A DNA stretch of 64,000 bases from Patescibacteria group bacterium (GCA_041666845.1 JBAYGC010000003.1:25007-89006), one strand, 5' to 3'. Shown: positions 47,796-57,639, counted from the stretch's first letter. The notes: generated by a model from the sequence alone, not told the origin. Translations and numbers: made by a program.

Positions 47796-49544
47796 TTAAT
47801 TTTTAAATTTTGATTGATTGTTCAATAAGAATAAAATTAAAAACGTCAGGACTAGACCAATGGCAGTCACAATATAAAATACCACTTTTCGTCCGCTGTC
47901 TTCAGTGCCCGGCGCGTTAACCGGATCATTATTGTCCGCATTTCTGAAAAAAAGATCTTCCGTCATTGCATCATATGCCATTGTACTGCTTAGTTTGGTA
48001 AGGAAATATTTATCCGCGGAAGGATTAATCCAGTAATTACCCTGGTCATTCAAAGCCAGAGCTTCTATTTCTGACTTTTTAATCCAACCCGCGTAGTCCG
48101 TATTAAAGTTTGGCAATTCTTTTTTACTGCTGTCTATAACATAAAGGATAATCGACGCTGTATTGCTGTAATATTGGTCATAAGCCAGATAATCACTGCC
48201 TGCGTAAACTAAATAGTCACCAGATACCTCGTCTGCTAATGATGAATCAAAATGCGCAAGGAACATTGTGCTATTTTCCACTGCTAACGCTTCTCCGGCG
48301 TTCATTTTATTGTAATTATCATTAATCAAATCAACAGAATTGGCAACATTATAGATCGCGAACTCATCAACAATAGAATCAATCGAACGGTTGTCGTATT
48401 CCCCGGAACCGATATATAGATTATCTCCGGAAAAATTACTGATACCAAATTGCTTGGTGCTTTCTGCGGTAAGCGGTACAGATGATCCGTTTAAGTAGAA
48501 AGATGGAAGCTTGTCCTTTTGCCAGGTTAAGGCGACTTGTTGCCAGCTATTTACATCCAGAGCAAAGTTGCCGGAAATCCAGGTATCAGTCGTATAATCC
48601 GCATCATTATATGTTGAAAGAGTATAGTGGTATCCGTCAGCTGTAATATTGGAGTTCAGATCAAAACGGAAAAGAAGGCTATTGCTGTCACCACCCCTAA
48701 CTGTTGCGATGTTTACTGTCTTAGTTTCTTCAGCAGACCAATTTGGTTTGATCCAAGCTTCCAATGTTCCGCCGTTACTGCTGATCGCATTATCTGCGGT
48801 CATAGTTAACTTATCTTCATTTTCTAATAGTACCCCTTCGTTGACAACACCGGCAGTATATTCAACACCGACATTATTTTCCGGACTACTGGTTACTGAA
48901 GAAATCTTCATTGGATAAACTAAATTCTCTGTCTCAAAAGAAATGGCGACCGGCACAGCATGACCGGTTTTCAATTGCTGAATAACACTGTCCGACTGCA
49001 GGCTTTTGGTATCAATCTTCATTGCCACAAAATACCACCCGTTATCAATATAACTGTTCAATATGTAGCTGGCCGATTCCGGGTAGCTATAACCGTTATC
49101 ATTCAGCCATGTCGTAAGTGCATCCTTGTCTGTTGCTGAAATTGTAGTTACTTCATAATACTCAATCTGTTGTGTGTCGATAATCGTCACCTGCTTCTCA
49201 GCATCTGTTCCGCTTAAAGGCATCCCGCCGGACATCATATTATCATCATATCCGTAGTAAATCTGGGTCAGCTGATCCAATGACGTAAACAACTCGTCTG
49301 ATCCTTTAGTAATCGTCGGTTTGGACGGTGTCGGAATTACCCAACCAAAATTGTCCGCATCGCCCTGAAAGGTAATAGACACCACCATTGTTTCCACCCC
49401 ACCGTCATAAAAAATAACTGCTTTTTGGGCAGTTTCTTGAACCCAATAATCAGGCTGTGGCATTACCATACCGTCAGCTGTCGAAAGCTGTGGCAGGAAT
49501 AAGGATAATACGACCAATACATTGAAAATCTTTTTTAGAAACAT
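47796..49544 (-). CDS. DUF2330-like exported protein with LamG/concanavalin-like insert
   Basis: QKAVI..FGWVIPTP..WLNDNGY..YPMKIS; TLEAWIK..WQQVALTW..YLNG..IDSIVDEFAIYN; C-terminal TM. Confidence 0.75.
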   Translation of the reverse strand: MFLKKIFNVLVVLSLFLPQLSTADGMVMPQPDYWVQETAQKAVIFYDGGVETMVVSITFQGDADNFGWVIPTPSKPTITKGSDELFTSLDQLTQIYYGYDDNMMSGGMPLSGTDAEKQVTIIDTQQIEYYEVTTISATDKDALTTWLNDNGYSYPESASYILNSYIDNGWYFVAMKIDTKSLQSDSVIQQLKTGHAVPVAISFETENLVYPMKISSVTSSPENNVGVEYTAGVVNEGVLLENEDKLTMTADNAISSNGGTLEAWIKPNWSAEETKTVNIATVRGGDSNSLLFRFDLNSNITADGYHYTLSTYNDADYTTDTWISGNFALDVNSWQQVALTWQKDKLPSFYLNGSSVPLTAESTKQFGISNFSGDNLYIGSGEYDNRSIDSIVDEFAIYNVANSVDLINDNYNKMNAGEALAVENSTMFLAHFDSSLADEVSGDYLVYAGSDYLAYDQYYSNTASIILYVIDSSKKELPNFNTDYAGWIKKSEIEALALNDQGNYWINPSADKYFLTKLSSTMAYDAMTEDLFFRNADNNDPVNAPGTEDSGRKVVFYIVTAIGLVLTFLILFLLNNQSKFKN

Positions 49545-49558
49545 ATTTTTGAAATAAA

Positions 49559-49867
49559 TTATTTTTTATTCTTAAATGGCAAAGACTGCTGTTCACCTAA
49601 AAGCTTCATAGTTTCTTTCTTGCCTTTTCTGGTCAGCTGCACTTCTTCAATAAACCATTTCTTCGGCGTTCTCCTACCGTAGCCGATTAACAGACCCTTA
49701 TCAATCAGACGTTCAATGCTTTTTGTCACTATCCCCTGCCGGTCAATTGTCTTGGGGGCGTTTTTTTTCTTTTCATAAAACTTCAAGAGATGTTTGCGCT
49801 TACTTCTCCCCTTGATATTGAGCAAGCTTAGAAGTATATACCTTTGAAGTTGAGATACTCTCATCAA
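49559..49867 (-). CDS. Basic winged-helix-like hypothetical protein
   Basis: SIERLIDKGLL..LTRKGK. Confidence 0.6.
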   Translation of the reverse strand: MMRVSQLQRYILLSLLNIKGRSKRKHLLKFYEKKKNAPKTIDRQGIVTKSIERLIDKGLLIGYGRRTPKKWFIEEVQLTRKGKKETMKLLGEQQSLPFKNKK

Positions 49868-51268
49868 TCACTTTTTTAAATTCAATTTAATATGCAGGTC
49901 ATCCAACTGCTGTTCACTGACCGCTGATGGTGAGTTCATGAGCAGGTCACGATTATCACCTGTTTTCGGAAATGCTACTACCTCCCGGACATTGGTCCGG
50001 TTAAGTAGAATCATCAACAGCCGGTCAATACCCGGAGCAATTCCGCCGTGTGGAGGTACACCGTACTGAAAAGCTTCTAATAGATGCCCGAATTGTTCGT
50101 GAGCTTCTGCATTGGAAATTCCAACTAATTCCAGAATTTTTTCCTGTATTTTATGGTCATAAATCCTCAAACTGCCACCGCCGACTTCATATCCGTTTAG
50201 AACCAAATCATGCTGCCAGGAACGCGCTTTCAGCGGTTCATACTCCAGTAATGGTAAATCTTCTGTCCGCGGTGCGGTAAAAATATGATGAAACGGTACA
50301 TGCTTTCCGTCTTTCAGCTCCGGTTCAAAATACGGCCAGTCGACAATAAAGCAAAACGCCAGCTCGTTTGGATCATTTTTATTTGTTCTAATGTCCGGCT
50401 TATCGTTTCCGTATTTTTCCATTGCTTCTTTATAAGTAATGCGCGGCCATGGAGAAAAGGTAATCTTTTTTTCCGGAAACAATTCCGTAACCAGCTTAGT
50501 AAACATTCTTTCCGTCAGATTCAGTATCTCATCCTGACTCATAAAAGACATTTCCATATCCAGCTGGTAAAACTGGTCTGGGGCGCGGTCGGAACGTGAA
50601 TCTTCATCACGAAAACACGGAGCAATTTGGAAATACTTTTCAAATCCGGCCACCATTAGTAATTGCTTGTATTGTTGTGGCGATTGCGGTAGAGCGTAAA
50701 ACTTGCCCGGATACACTCTGGAAGGAACCAGATAATCCCTAGCACCTTCAGGAGTAGATTTACCCATAATCGGCGTTTCTATTTCGATAAACCCTTCTGT
50801 ATGCAAGAAATCCCTGATATATTTATTGAATTTGGAACGCATAATCACCATCTTTTTGTTTGAATCTCTGCGCAGATCCAAGTATCGGTATTTATAACGA
50901 ATTTCCTCCGCCACTTCCTCTTTATCATTTTCCACTATTTCAAACGGAGGGGTCTTTGATTCGGTAAGAATATTTAATTCCAACGCTTCTATCTCAACTT
51001 TGCCGGTCGGCATATTTTTGTTGACCAGTTTCTCCGGTCGCTCATTAACCTGTCCGATTATTTCCACCACAAATTCCGGTCGAAGCTCTTTCGCCTTATC
51101 CACTAATTCATCATTGCCCGGCAGAAAAACCACCTGTACGATTCCTGATACGTCGCGCAAATCAACAAAGACCATTTTACCCATGCGGCGCGCCGATTGA
51201 ACCCAGCCGTTAAGTTTTACTTTCTTGCCGATATGACCAGCAGTTTCCACGGTTAAAATGCGTTTCAT
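49868..51268 (-). CDS. aspS: Aspartate-tRNA ligase, short form
   Basis: TPEGARDY, LPQSPQ, CFRDED, PPHGGIA. Confidence 0.96.
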   Translation of the reverse strand: MKRILTVETAGHIGKKVKLNGWVQSARRMGKMVFVDLRDVSGIVQVVFLPGNDELVDKAKELRPEFVVEIIGQVNERPEKLVNKNMPTGKVEIEALELNILTESKTPPFEIVENDKEEVAEEIRYKYRYLDLRRDSNKKMVIMRSKFNKYIRDFLHTEGFIEIETPIMGKSTPEGARDYLVPSRVYPGKFYALPQSPQQYKQLLMVAGFEKYFQIAPCFRDEDSRSDRAPDQFYQLDMEMSFMSQDEILNLTERMFTKLVTELFPEKKITFSPWPRITYKEAMEKYGNDKPDIRTNKNDPNELAFCFIVDWPYFEPELKDGKHVPFHHIFTAPRTEDLPLLEYEPLKARSWQHDLVLNGYEVGGGSLRIYDHKIQEKILELVGISNAEAHEQFGHLLEAFQYGVPPHGGIAPGIDRLLMILLNRTNVREVVAFPKTGDNRDLLMNSPSAVSEQQLDDLHIKLNLKK

Positions 51269-51271
51269 ATG

Positions 51272-52564
51272 CTATGGTTTTAATCTATTTAATAATCTCG
51301 GAAAAGGAATAGTTTCACGAACATGGTCCAGTCCGCAGATCCAGGCGACAGTCCGTTCCAGACCGATGCCGAAACCGGCGTGCGGTACGGAACCGAAGCG
51401 GCGCAGATCTACATACCATTCGAAATCTTTTTGAGACAGTTTATGTTCCTTTATTCTTTGTTCCAACAATTCGAGATCCCAGATTCTTTCCGACCCGCCG
51501 ATAATCTCACCGTACCCTTCAGGAGCCAACATATCGTCACACAATACTACATTTGGATCTTCCGGATCCGGTTGCATATAAAAAGCTTTGATCTTGGTCG
51601 GATAATGAGTGACAAACACCGGCATATCAAATTGTTTCATCAGCATCGTTTCATCATCCGCTCCCAAGTCCTCCCCCGCTTTGATGTCTGAACCCAATTC
51701 CTGCAATTTTTTCACCACCTCCGAATAACGCATCCGGGGGAAAGGCGCTTTAACTTTTTCCAGGAATTTTGTATCTCTCTCCAAAAGTGCCAGTTCAGTT
51801 TGCATGGATTTTAGAATATTGGATACCACGTAGGAAACCAATTTTTCCTGTACATTCAAATTTTCTTCGTGTTGCATAAAAGCGACCTCGGCATCCAACA
51901 TCCAGAATTCCATCATGTGCCTCCGGGTTTTGGATTTTTCCGCGCGGAATGTCGGTCCAAAATCATAAACCTTTCCCAGCGACATCGCCATCGCTTCCAA
52001 ATAAAGCTGACCGGATTGAGAAAGATATGCCGTCTCTTCAAAATACTGGGTTGAAAACAGAGTAGTAGTCCCTTCACATGCGGTAGGCGTCAGAATCGGG
52101 CTGTCGGTCAGGGTAAATCCTTCATTTCTGAAAAATTCCCGCATCAACCAGATTATTTCATTACGCACCTTCATGATTGCTACCTGCCTTTCGGATCTCA
52201 GCCACAGATGGCGATTATCCAGAAGAAAATCAACCCCGTGTTCTTTCTTGGAAATTGGGTATTCCAGAGCCACTTGCAGTACCTTAATGTCTTTCACCTG
52301 CATTTCGTAGCCGTATGGTGAACGTTTATCTTCATTAACCACCCCGGTAACCACCACACTTGATTCCATTGTCAGCTTTTCACAGGCTACCCAAGCTTCT
52401 TCCGAAACCTCATTTTTACTGATAACCGCCTGAATCCGGCCGGTTCCGTCTCTTAACTGCAAAAAGAATATCTTGCCGGATGAGCGAAAATTAAAAACCC
52501 AGGACTGTAGTTGCACGTCCTGACCCAGATACTTTGAAACTTCCGATATACTGATTTTTTTCAT
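51272..52564 (-). CDS. asnS: Asparagine-tRNA ligase
   Basis: [31 protein letters not shown]; start at MKKISI. Confidence 0.96.
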   Translation of the reverse strand: MKKISISEVSKYLGQDVQLQSWVFNFRSSGKIFFLQLRDGTGRIQAVISKNEVSEEAWVACEKLTMESSVVVTGVVNEDKRSPYGYEMQVKDIKVLQVALEYPISKKEHGVDFLLDNRHLWLRSERQVAIMKVRNEIIWLMREFFRNEGFTLTDSPILTPTACEGTTTLFSTQYFEETAYLSQSGQLYLEAMAMSLGKVYDFGPTFRAEKSKTRRHMMEFWMLDAEVAFMQHEENLNVQEKLVSYVVSNILKSMQTELALLERDTKFLEKVKAPFPRMRYSEVVKKLQELGSDIKAGEDLGADDETMLMKQFDMPVFVTHYPTKIKAFYMQPDPEDPNVVLCDDMLAPEGYGEIIGGSERIWDLELLEQRIKEHKLSQKDFEWYVDLRRFGSVPHAGFGIGLERTVAWICGLDHVRETIPFPRLLNRLKP

Positions 52565-52657
52565 CCCGTTAGAAATTATTGCCACAATATTTCTGAAATT
52601 TTTCCCCTTTTCTCCCCTTAAATATATCCCGTTTTTGCTTTTTAATTTCTAACGGGA
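52564..52657. mobile_element. Miniature inverted-repeat element at the asnS start codon
   Basis: TCCCGTTAGAAATTA..TAATTTCTAACGGGA flanked by TGGA/TGAA (minus strand). Confidence 0.65.
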
Positions 52658-52758
52658 TCCATAATTCAGCCCCTACTATAGCATTTTTATTGGACAATTG
52701 CAAACATCTTAATAACAAAATACGGGCCGATCATCCCGTATTGTAGAATCCTGATGAT

Positions 52759-53343
52759 TTACGAATTATTACTCCTTTTTACCACCCTATTTCCTACCAA
52801 AACAACTATTAAAGCGCCCAAGAAATCGTAGGTCAAATCTGATGATGTATCATACCTTGCCCCCACTCTCTGCATTTCAAATATTAAATCTCCAAAATAT
52901 TCTGTTAATTCATACAACACTGTCACAAGTACTGCCACAGAAACAACATAGGTTTGAAAATGGAAATTCGACAGATTAATTATTCTCCTTTCTCTCAGAA
53001 TTATAAAGATGTTGTAAACCAATACTGCGACCGCCAATGAACCAAAAAAATGCGCTAAATCATCCCACCAGGCAAATTTTGTATATAGATACATGAAATT
53101 ACCGACAGCGTCTAACCACACACTCGAAGCAATTACAAAAATTACAAACCACGGCAAGGTAGTCTGGTACTTTTTCTTAATATAATTGTTTACAACCAGA
53201 TATGCACCGCCGGCAATAATTGCGGTAAGCGACAATGCGATTCTACGATCAAAAGCATCATAGTCAATAATTAATTCAATGCCGACTAAAATAACAATAC
53301 TTAAGAGTAAAATATTAACCAGTACTTTGTTACTTGATTTCAT
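52759..53343 (-). CDS. Membrane protein (DUF2238/VanZ-like)
   Basis: WWDDLAH, YELTEY, DTSSDL motifs in TM bundle. Confidence 0.7.
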   Translation of the reverse strand: MKSSNKVLVNILLLSIVILVGIELIIDYDAFDRRIALSLTAIIAGGAYLVVNNYIKKKYQTTLPWFVIFVIASSVWLDAVGNFMYLYTKFAWWDDLAHFFGSLAVAVLVYNIFIILRERRIINLSNFHFQTYVVSVAVLVTVLYELTEYFGDLIFEMQRVGARYDTSSDLTYDFLGALIVVLVGNRVVKRSNNS

Positions 53344-53352
53344 ATTGTGTTA

Positions 53353-54009
53353 TTAGTCAATCTGCTCTTGGAGTAAATCAATCCCCTGCTGCACACTATT
53401 CTTTGCCTTTGCTTTTATAGTATTTTTTGTAGACTCAAAACTGTCCTGTGATGTTTTCTTTGCCTGTTCAATAATCGCCTTCGCTTCATCCGGGATACTG
53501 TTTGATATCTGACCAAATGTAATCTGGTGTTTTACTCTATTCTCCTCCAACAAGCGGTATATACTTTCCAGATCCTTGCCCTTTGCCTTTGCTTTTTCAA
53601 TATAAGTGTTTGCTTTTACCATCTGCTCATTAAACCGGTCAGTCGTTTCACCGATGACTTCTGTTTTTTGCTTTTGGGCCAGTACCTCTATTTCTTCCAA
53701 TCTGCGGTTGGCCAGCATAATCCGGTATTCCGCTTTTTTTACCACATCAATCATAAACCATCCGCGTGCTGTTTCCCACCATGTTTTCAGAAAATACAGC
53801 GGGCTGGAAGGAACCCATTTAAGATCCGGCAGGTCAATTTCCACATTTACAATCGTTACATCATTATTGGCAATATTAGTATTGGTAATGGTCTCGGGGA
53901 CAGTAATCACTTCCTCATTAGTATTATCAGACACAGGACGCAACATTGGCTCTGCCAGTACTGAAACAGGCACCAATAGAATAATTAATGATATTATTAT
54001 TATTTTCAT
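53353..54009 (-). CDS. DUF5667-like exported helical protein
   Basis: PSSPLYFLK..E..A.RRLEE. Confidence 0.75.
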   Translation of the reverse strand: MKIIIISLIILLVPVSVLAEPMLRPVSDNTNEEVITVPETITNTNIANNDVTIVNVEIDLPDLKWVPSSPLYFLKTWWETARGWFMIDVVKKAEYRIMLANRRLEEIEVLAQKQKTEVIGETTDRFNEQMVKANTYIEKAKAKGKDLESIYRLLEENRVKHQITFGQISNSIPDEAKAIIEQAKKTSQDSFESTKNTIKAKAKNSVQQGIDLLQEQID

Positions 54010-54059
54010 ATACTTTTCAGCATTAACTGAATTAAGTATATCAGATATATGTGAAAATA

Positions 54060-54085
54060 AAAAAACCGCCGGATATGGCGGTTTT
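54060..54085 (-). terminator. Intrinsic terminator
   Basis: AAAACCGCC-GGATAT-GGCGGTTTT. Confidence 0.7.
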
Positions 54086-54108
54086 AATGGTTGAATAGTA
54101 ATGTCCCC

Positions 54109-54462
54109 TTACAATTTACTCTCAATTCTTGTTACAGCTTCATTTATTTGATCAGCCATTTGTGGATCAATAATATCTTGTATTGCCTCGAATAATTCTT
54201 TGAATGCGTCTATCTTCCCCCGATCAAACTCCTTTCCTTCATCAATTCCACGCTCACACATATTCAGATAATGTAATAAATTCCTTAAGTTACCATCAAA
54301 AGACTGACTCTCTGGATCCTCTGAAGTCAGAATTGTTATTGCATCATCAATATCATTATTAGGACTGTCCGATCCAACACGATTATCATATTCTCCATCA
54401 GGATCTAATTCTTGAGATTCCATTCCTTCTCCTGGTTGTGACATTTCTCGTTCACCTGCCAT
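54109..54462 (-). CDS. Very acidic hypothetical protein, paralog A
   Basis: Aligns by eye with 54594-54905. Confidence 0.75.
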   Translation of the reverse strand: MAGEREMSQPGEGMESQELDPDGEYDNRVGSDSPNNDIDDAITILTSEDPESQSFDGNLRNLLHYLNMCERGIDEGKEFDRGKIDAFKELFEAIQDIIDPQMADQINEAVTRIESKL

Positions 54463-54553
54463 AAAATTTGTAGTTAATTTTTATATAAACCAACTTGATA
54501 AGATTTTATCATAAATTCACTGATTTGTCAATTTAGTTAGTACGATTAAAAAT

Positions 54554-54580
54554 AAAAGCCGCCAAATATGGCGGCCTTTT
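54554..54580 (-). terminator. Intrinsic terminator, homologous to 54060
   Basis: AAAAGCCGCC-AAATAT-GGCGGC. Confidence 0.7.
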
Positions 54581-54593
54581 CTAATAAATTTTT

Positions 54594-54905
54594 CTATTCT
54601 CCGATATTCATTTTACTGTCTATTCTTCCTAGTATTTCATCAAATGCTCCGAGTGTTTCCGCGTCCAAATCATCCCTCACTTCATCCAAAGCTTGTCTGA
54701 ATTCACTTAGTTTTTCCGGATCGAGCTCGTTTCCACCCGAAATCTGAGCATCGCATATCTGCAAACAACTGACTGCTTCATCATAATTACCCTCGTCCGT
54801 TAAAGCCTCAATTGCCCTGTCAATATCTCTGTTTGGATCAGATACTTCGAATTGCACATCATCCATTTGCCCATCCAAATCTGGCATTGTTGGTTCACCC
54901 ATCAT
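54594..54905 (-). CDS. Very acidic hypothetical protein, paralog B
   Basis: Start moved to MMGEPT because the longer ORF runs into tRNA-Lys. Confidence 0.75.
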   Translation of the reverse strand: MMGEPTMPDLDGQMDDVQFEVSDPNRDIDRAIEALTDEGNYDEAVSCLQICDAQISGGNELDPEKLSEFRQALDEVRDDLDAETLGAFDEILGRIDSKMNIGE

Positions 54906-54952
54906 AATTTTATGATCAATGATTAATACTGTCGATGCACGAATATACAATG

Positions 54953-55028
54953 TGGTGCGCCGTGAGGGATTCGGACCCCCGACCATCAGCTTAAAAGGCT
55001 GCTGCTCTACCAACTGAGCTAACGGCGC
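54953..55028 (-). tRNA. tRNA-Lys(TTT)
   Basis: Cloverleaf, anticodon TTT; T-loop TCCGAAT. Confidence 0.93.
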
Positions 55029-55078
55029 ATGTTCTTATTTAATCAGATTTTTAATGAATTTAATCCGTCAGCGGAATC

Positions 55079-55139
55079 ACCAACTGCCTGTCCGCCATAG
55101 CATCACTGTAAGCGATGCGTAGGAGGAAGCTAACGGCGC
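55079..55139 (-). pseudogene. Copy of tRNA-Lys 5' end interrupted after nt 12
   Basis: GCGCCGTTAGCT[41-nt hairpin insert]CAGTTGGT. Confidence 0.8.
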
Positions 55140-55284
55140 ATGAATAACTACCTGATATTAGCAAAAAGCGCTTTAAAAAGCAAGGCTTATGGGGTAGGTT
55201 AACAAAAAGTGGAAAAAATGTAGAAAAAGAGGCTTGTTTATGGCAGGTTATAGTGATAAGATGATATAGCTAAATCAAATAAAT

Positions 55285-56700
55285 ATGGCTAAACAAAACA
55301 CAGAATTAACCGAAAAAATACCCCCTCAAAACCTTGAGGCGGAAAAGGCAGTATTAGGCTCCATGCTGATCGACAAAGATGCAATTATTAAGATTGCCGA
55401 CATTATTAACCCGGATGATTTCTATCAGGACAGCCATCGCCTCATATTTGAAACCATGCTGGAACTCTATAACCAGCGCGAACCAATCGATATATTAAAC
55501 CTTGCCAACCGGCTTAACGAACGAAAGCTCCTGGAATCAATCGGTGGTAGAGCAAGTCTGATGAATCTGGCAAATGCCGTACCGACTGCCAGTAATGTGG
55601 TAAATTATGCCAACATTGTACAAAAAAAAGCCACATTAAGAAGGTTGATCCAAACCGCCTCTGAAATAACCAGCATGGGCTATCAGGAAACGGAAGATGT
55701 CAGCCATGTTTTGGATAAAGCCGAGCAGTCTTTATTCAAAGTATCACAAAAACATTTGCGCACTAATTTCGTTCCGATCCGCAGCGCCTTAACCGAAGCA
55801 TTTGACCGGATTGACGAACTGCACCGGGAAGGCGGAAAGTTAAGAGGAGTGCCGACCGGGTTTACCCAATTGGATAATAAGCTGGCCGGACTACAGAAAT
55901 CTGATTTGATAATTATTGCCGCCAGACCGAGCGTCGGTAAGACTTCCCTAGCGCTGGATATTGCTAGACAGGTTGCCACAAAAGCAAAAGTTGCCGTCGG
56001 CGTATTCAGCTTGGAAATGAGTAAAGAACAGTTGGTAGACCGCATGCTCTGCGCCGAAGCCAATGTTGATTTATGGAAAATGCGCACCGGTAATCTTTCT
56101 GACCGCGAAGAAGATGACGACTTTCCCCGCATCGGCAATGCAATGGGTATTCTTTCGGAAGCGCCGATTTTCATAGATGACTCGGCGACCGCCAATGTAA
56201 TGGAAATCCGAACTAAGGCCCGCCGCCTGCAATCAGAACATAATCTGGGATTACTGGTAATCGACTATTTACAGCTGATGGAGGGTACGTCAAAAACAGA
56301 AAACAGAGTTCAGGAAATATCGGAAATAACCCGTGCGCTCAAAGCAATTGCCCGCGAACTGAATATCCCGGTTATTGCGCTATCACAGCTTTCCCGTGCG
56401 GCAGAAATGCAGTCCGGCGCATCAATCCCCCGCCTTGCTCATCTCAGAGAGTCCGGATCAATCGAACAGGACGCGGATGTGGTTATGTTTATTTACCGCG
56501 AGGTCATGGATAAAAATTCCGGCGTAGATGTGGAAGAAGACCGTAAGAATATTGCACAGGTAATTATCGCTAAACATCGTAACGGCCCGACCGGCGTGAT
56601 TGAGCTGTATTTTGAGGAAGAAAAAGCCAGCTTCAGAAATCTGGATAAAACATTTGATAAAAATGAAGCATTACCCGAAGAAGAAAAAGCACCTTTTTAA
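55285..56700 (+). CDS. dnaB: Replicative DNA helicase
   Basis: AARPSVGKT, FSLEM, IDYLQL, LRESGSIEQDAD; no intein. Confidence 0.98.
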   Translation: MAKQNTELTEKIPPQNLEAEKAVLGSMLIDKDAIIKIADIINPDDFYQDSHRLIFETMLELYNQREPIDILNLANRLNERKLLESIGGRASLMNLANAVPTASNVVNYANIVQKKATLRRLIQTASEITSMGYQETEDVSHVLDKAEQSLFKVSQKHLRTNFVPIRSALTEAFDRIDELHREGGKLRGVPTGFTQLDNKLAGLQKSDLIIIAARPSVGKTSLALDIARQVATKAKVAVGVFSLEMSKEQLVDRMLCAEANVDLWKMRTGNLSDREEDDDFPRIGNAMGILSEAPIFIDDSATANVMEIRTKARRLQSEHNLGLLVIDYLQLMEGTSKTENRVQEISEITRALKAIARELNIPVIALSQLSRAAEMQSGASIPRLAHLRESGSIEQDADVVMFIYREVMDKNSGVDVEEDRKNIAQVIIAKHRNGPTGVIELYFEEEKASFRNLDKTFDKNEALPEEEKAPF

Positions 56701-56718
56701 TCATTGATTCAAAATAAA

Positions 56719-57021
56719 ATGTCCATGTTCAACAAATTAAAAGAAGTAAAAGATCTGCGTGACCAGGCCAAACAACTGCAGAACCAGCTGTCTGAAGAAT
56801 CAGTAATGACGTCAGCTGAAAACGGAAAAATAAACTTAGTGATGGACGGCAATCAGACTGTCGTTAGTCTAGATATAAATCCGGAGTTATTGACACCTGA
56901 TAAAAAAGAGACGCTGGAAAAAGGTCTGCGTAATGCTTTCAACGATGCGGTTAAAAAAATACAACGGGTAATCGCACAAAAAATGCAGGCCGGAAATTTT
57001 AAAATGCCGAATTTAGGATAG
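56719..57021 (+). CDS. ybaB: YbaB/EbfC nucleoid-associated protein
   Basis: Sequence pattern and position before recR. Confidence 0.88.
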   Translation: MSMFNKLKEVKDLRDQAKQLQNQLSEESVMTSAENGKINLVMDGNQTVVSLDINPELLTPDKKETLEKGLRNAFNDAVKKIQRVIAQKMQAGNFKMPNLG

Positions 57022-57025
57022 CACT

Positions 57026-57628
57026 ATGGGAACCCTGCCACCGTCAATCCAAAACCTAATCGCTGAATTTAATAAACTGCCGGGTATCGGCCCTAAGACC
57101 TCCGAACGGTTTATTTTTCATTTGCTGAAAAGACCAAAGAGTGATTTGGAACAGATGGCAAACAGCTTGAGAGATCTGAAAGATAAAATAGCAATCTGCT
57201 CAATCTGTTATGATTTTACAGAAAAATCCCCGTGCAGTATTTGTTCCAGTTCGCAAAGAGATAAAACAACAATCTGCGTTGTTGCCGAAAGTCCCGATCT
57301 GATGGCAATTGAAAAGTCAGGTACTTATAAAGGTTTATATCATGTTCTGGGCGGAGTGATCAATCAGATTGAAGGCATCGGACCGGATCAATTAAAAATC
57401 AATGAACTAGTGGATAGAATTAAAAAAGACGGCATTAAAGAAATAATTCTGGCCACCGACCCTGACATGGAAGGTGAATCGACCGCCTTATATTTAATCC
57501 GGGTATTGAAACCTCTGGGAATAAAAATCACCAGAATCGGTAAAGGCTTGCCGATGGGTAGCAATATTGAATACGCCGATGAAGTAACCCTGGCCAATGC
57601 AATGGAAGGAAGAGGCGAAGTAAAATAA
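57026..57628 (+). CDS. recR: Recombination mediator RecR
   Basis: LPGIGPK, C4 zinc finger, YHVLGG, TOPRIM. Confidence 0.98.
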   Translation: MGTLPPSIQNLIAEFNKLPGIGPKTSERFIFHLLKRPKSDLEQMANSLRDLKDKIAICSICYDFTEKSPCSICSSSQRDKTTICVVAESPDLMAIEKSGTYKGLYHVLGGVINQIEGIGPDQLKINELVDRIKKDGIKEIILATDPDMEGESTALYLIRVLKPLGIKITRIGKGLPMGSNIEYADEVTLANAMEGRGEVK

Positions 57629-57639
57629 ATATACAAAAC

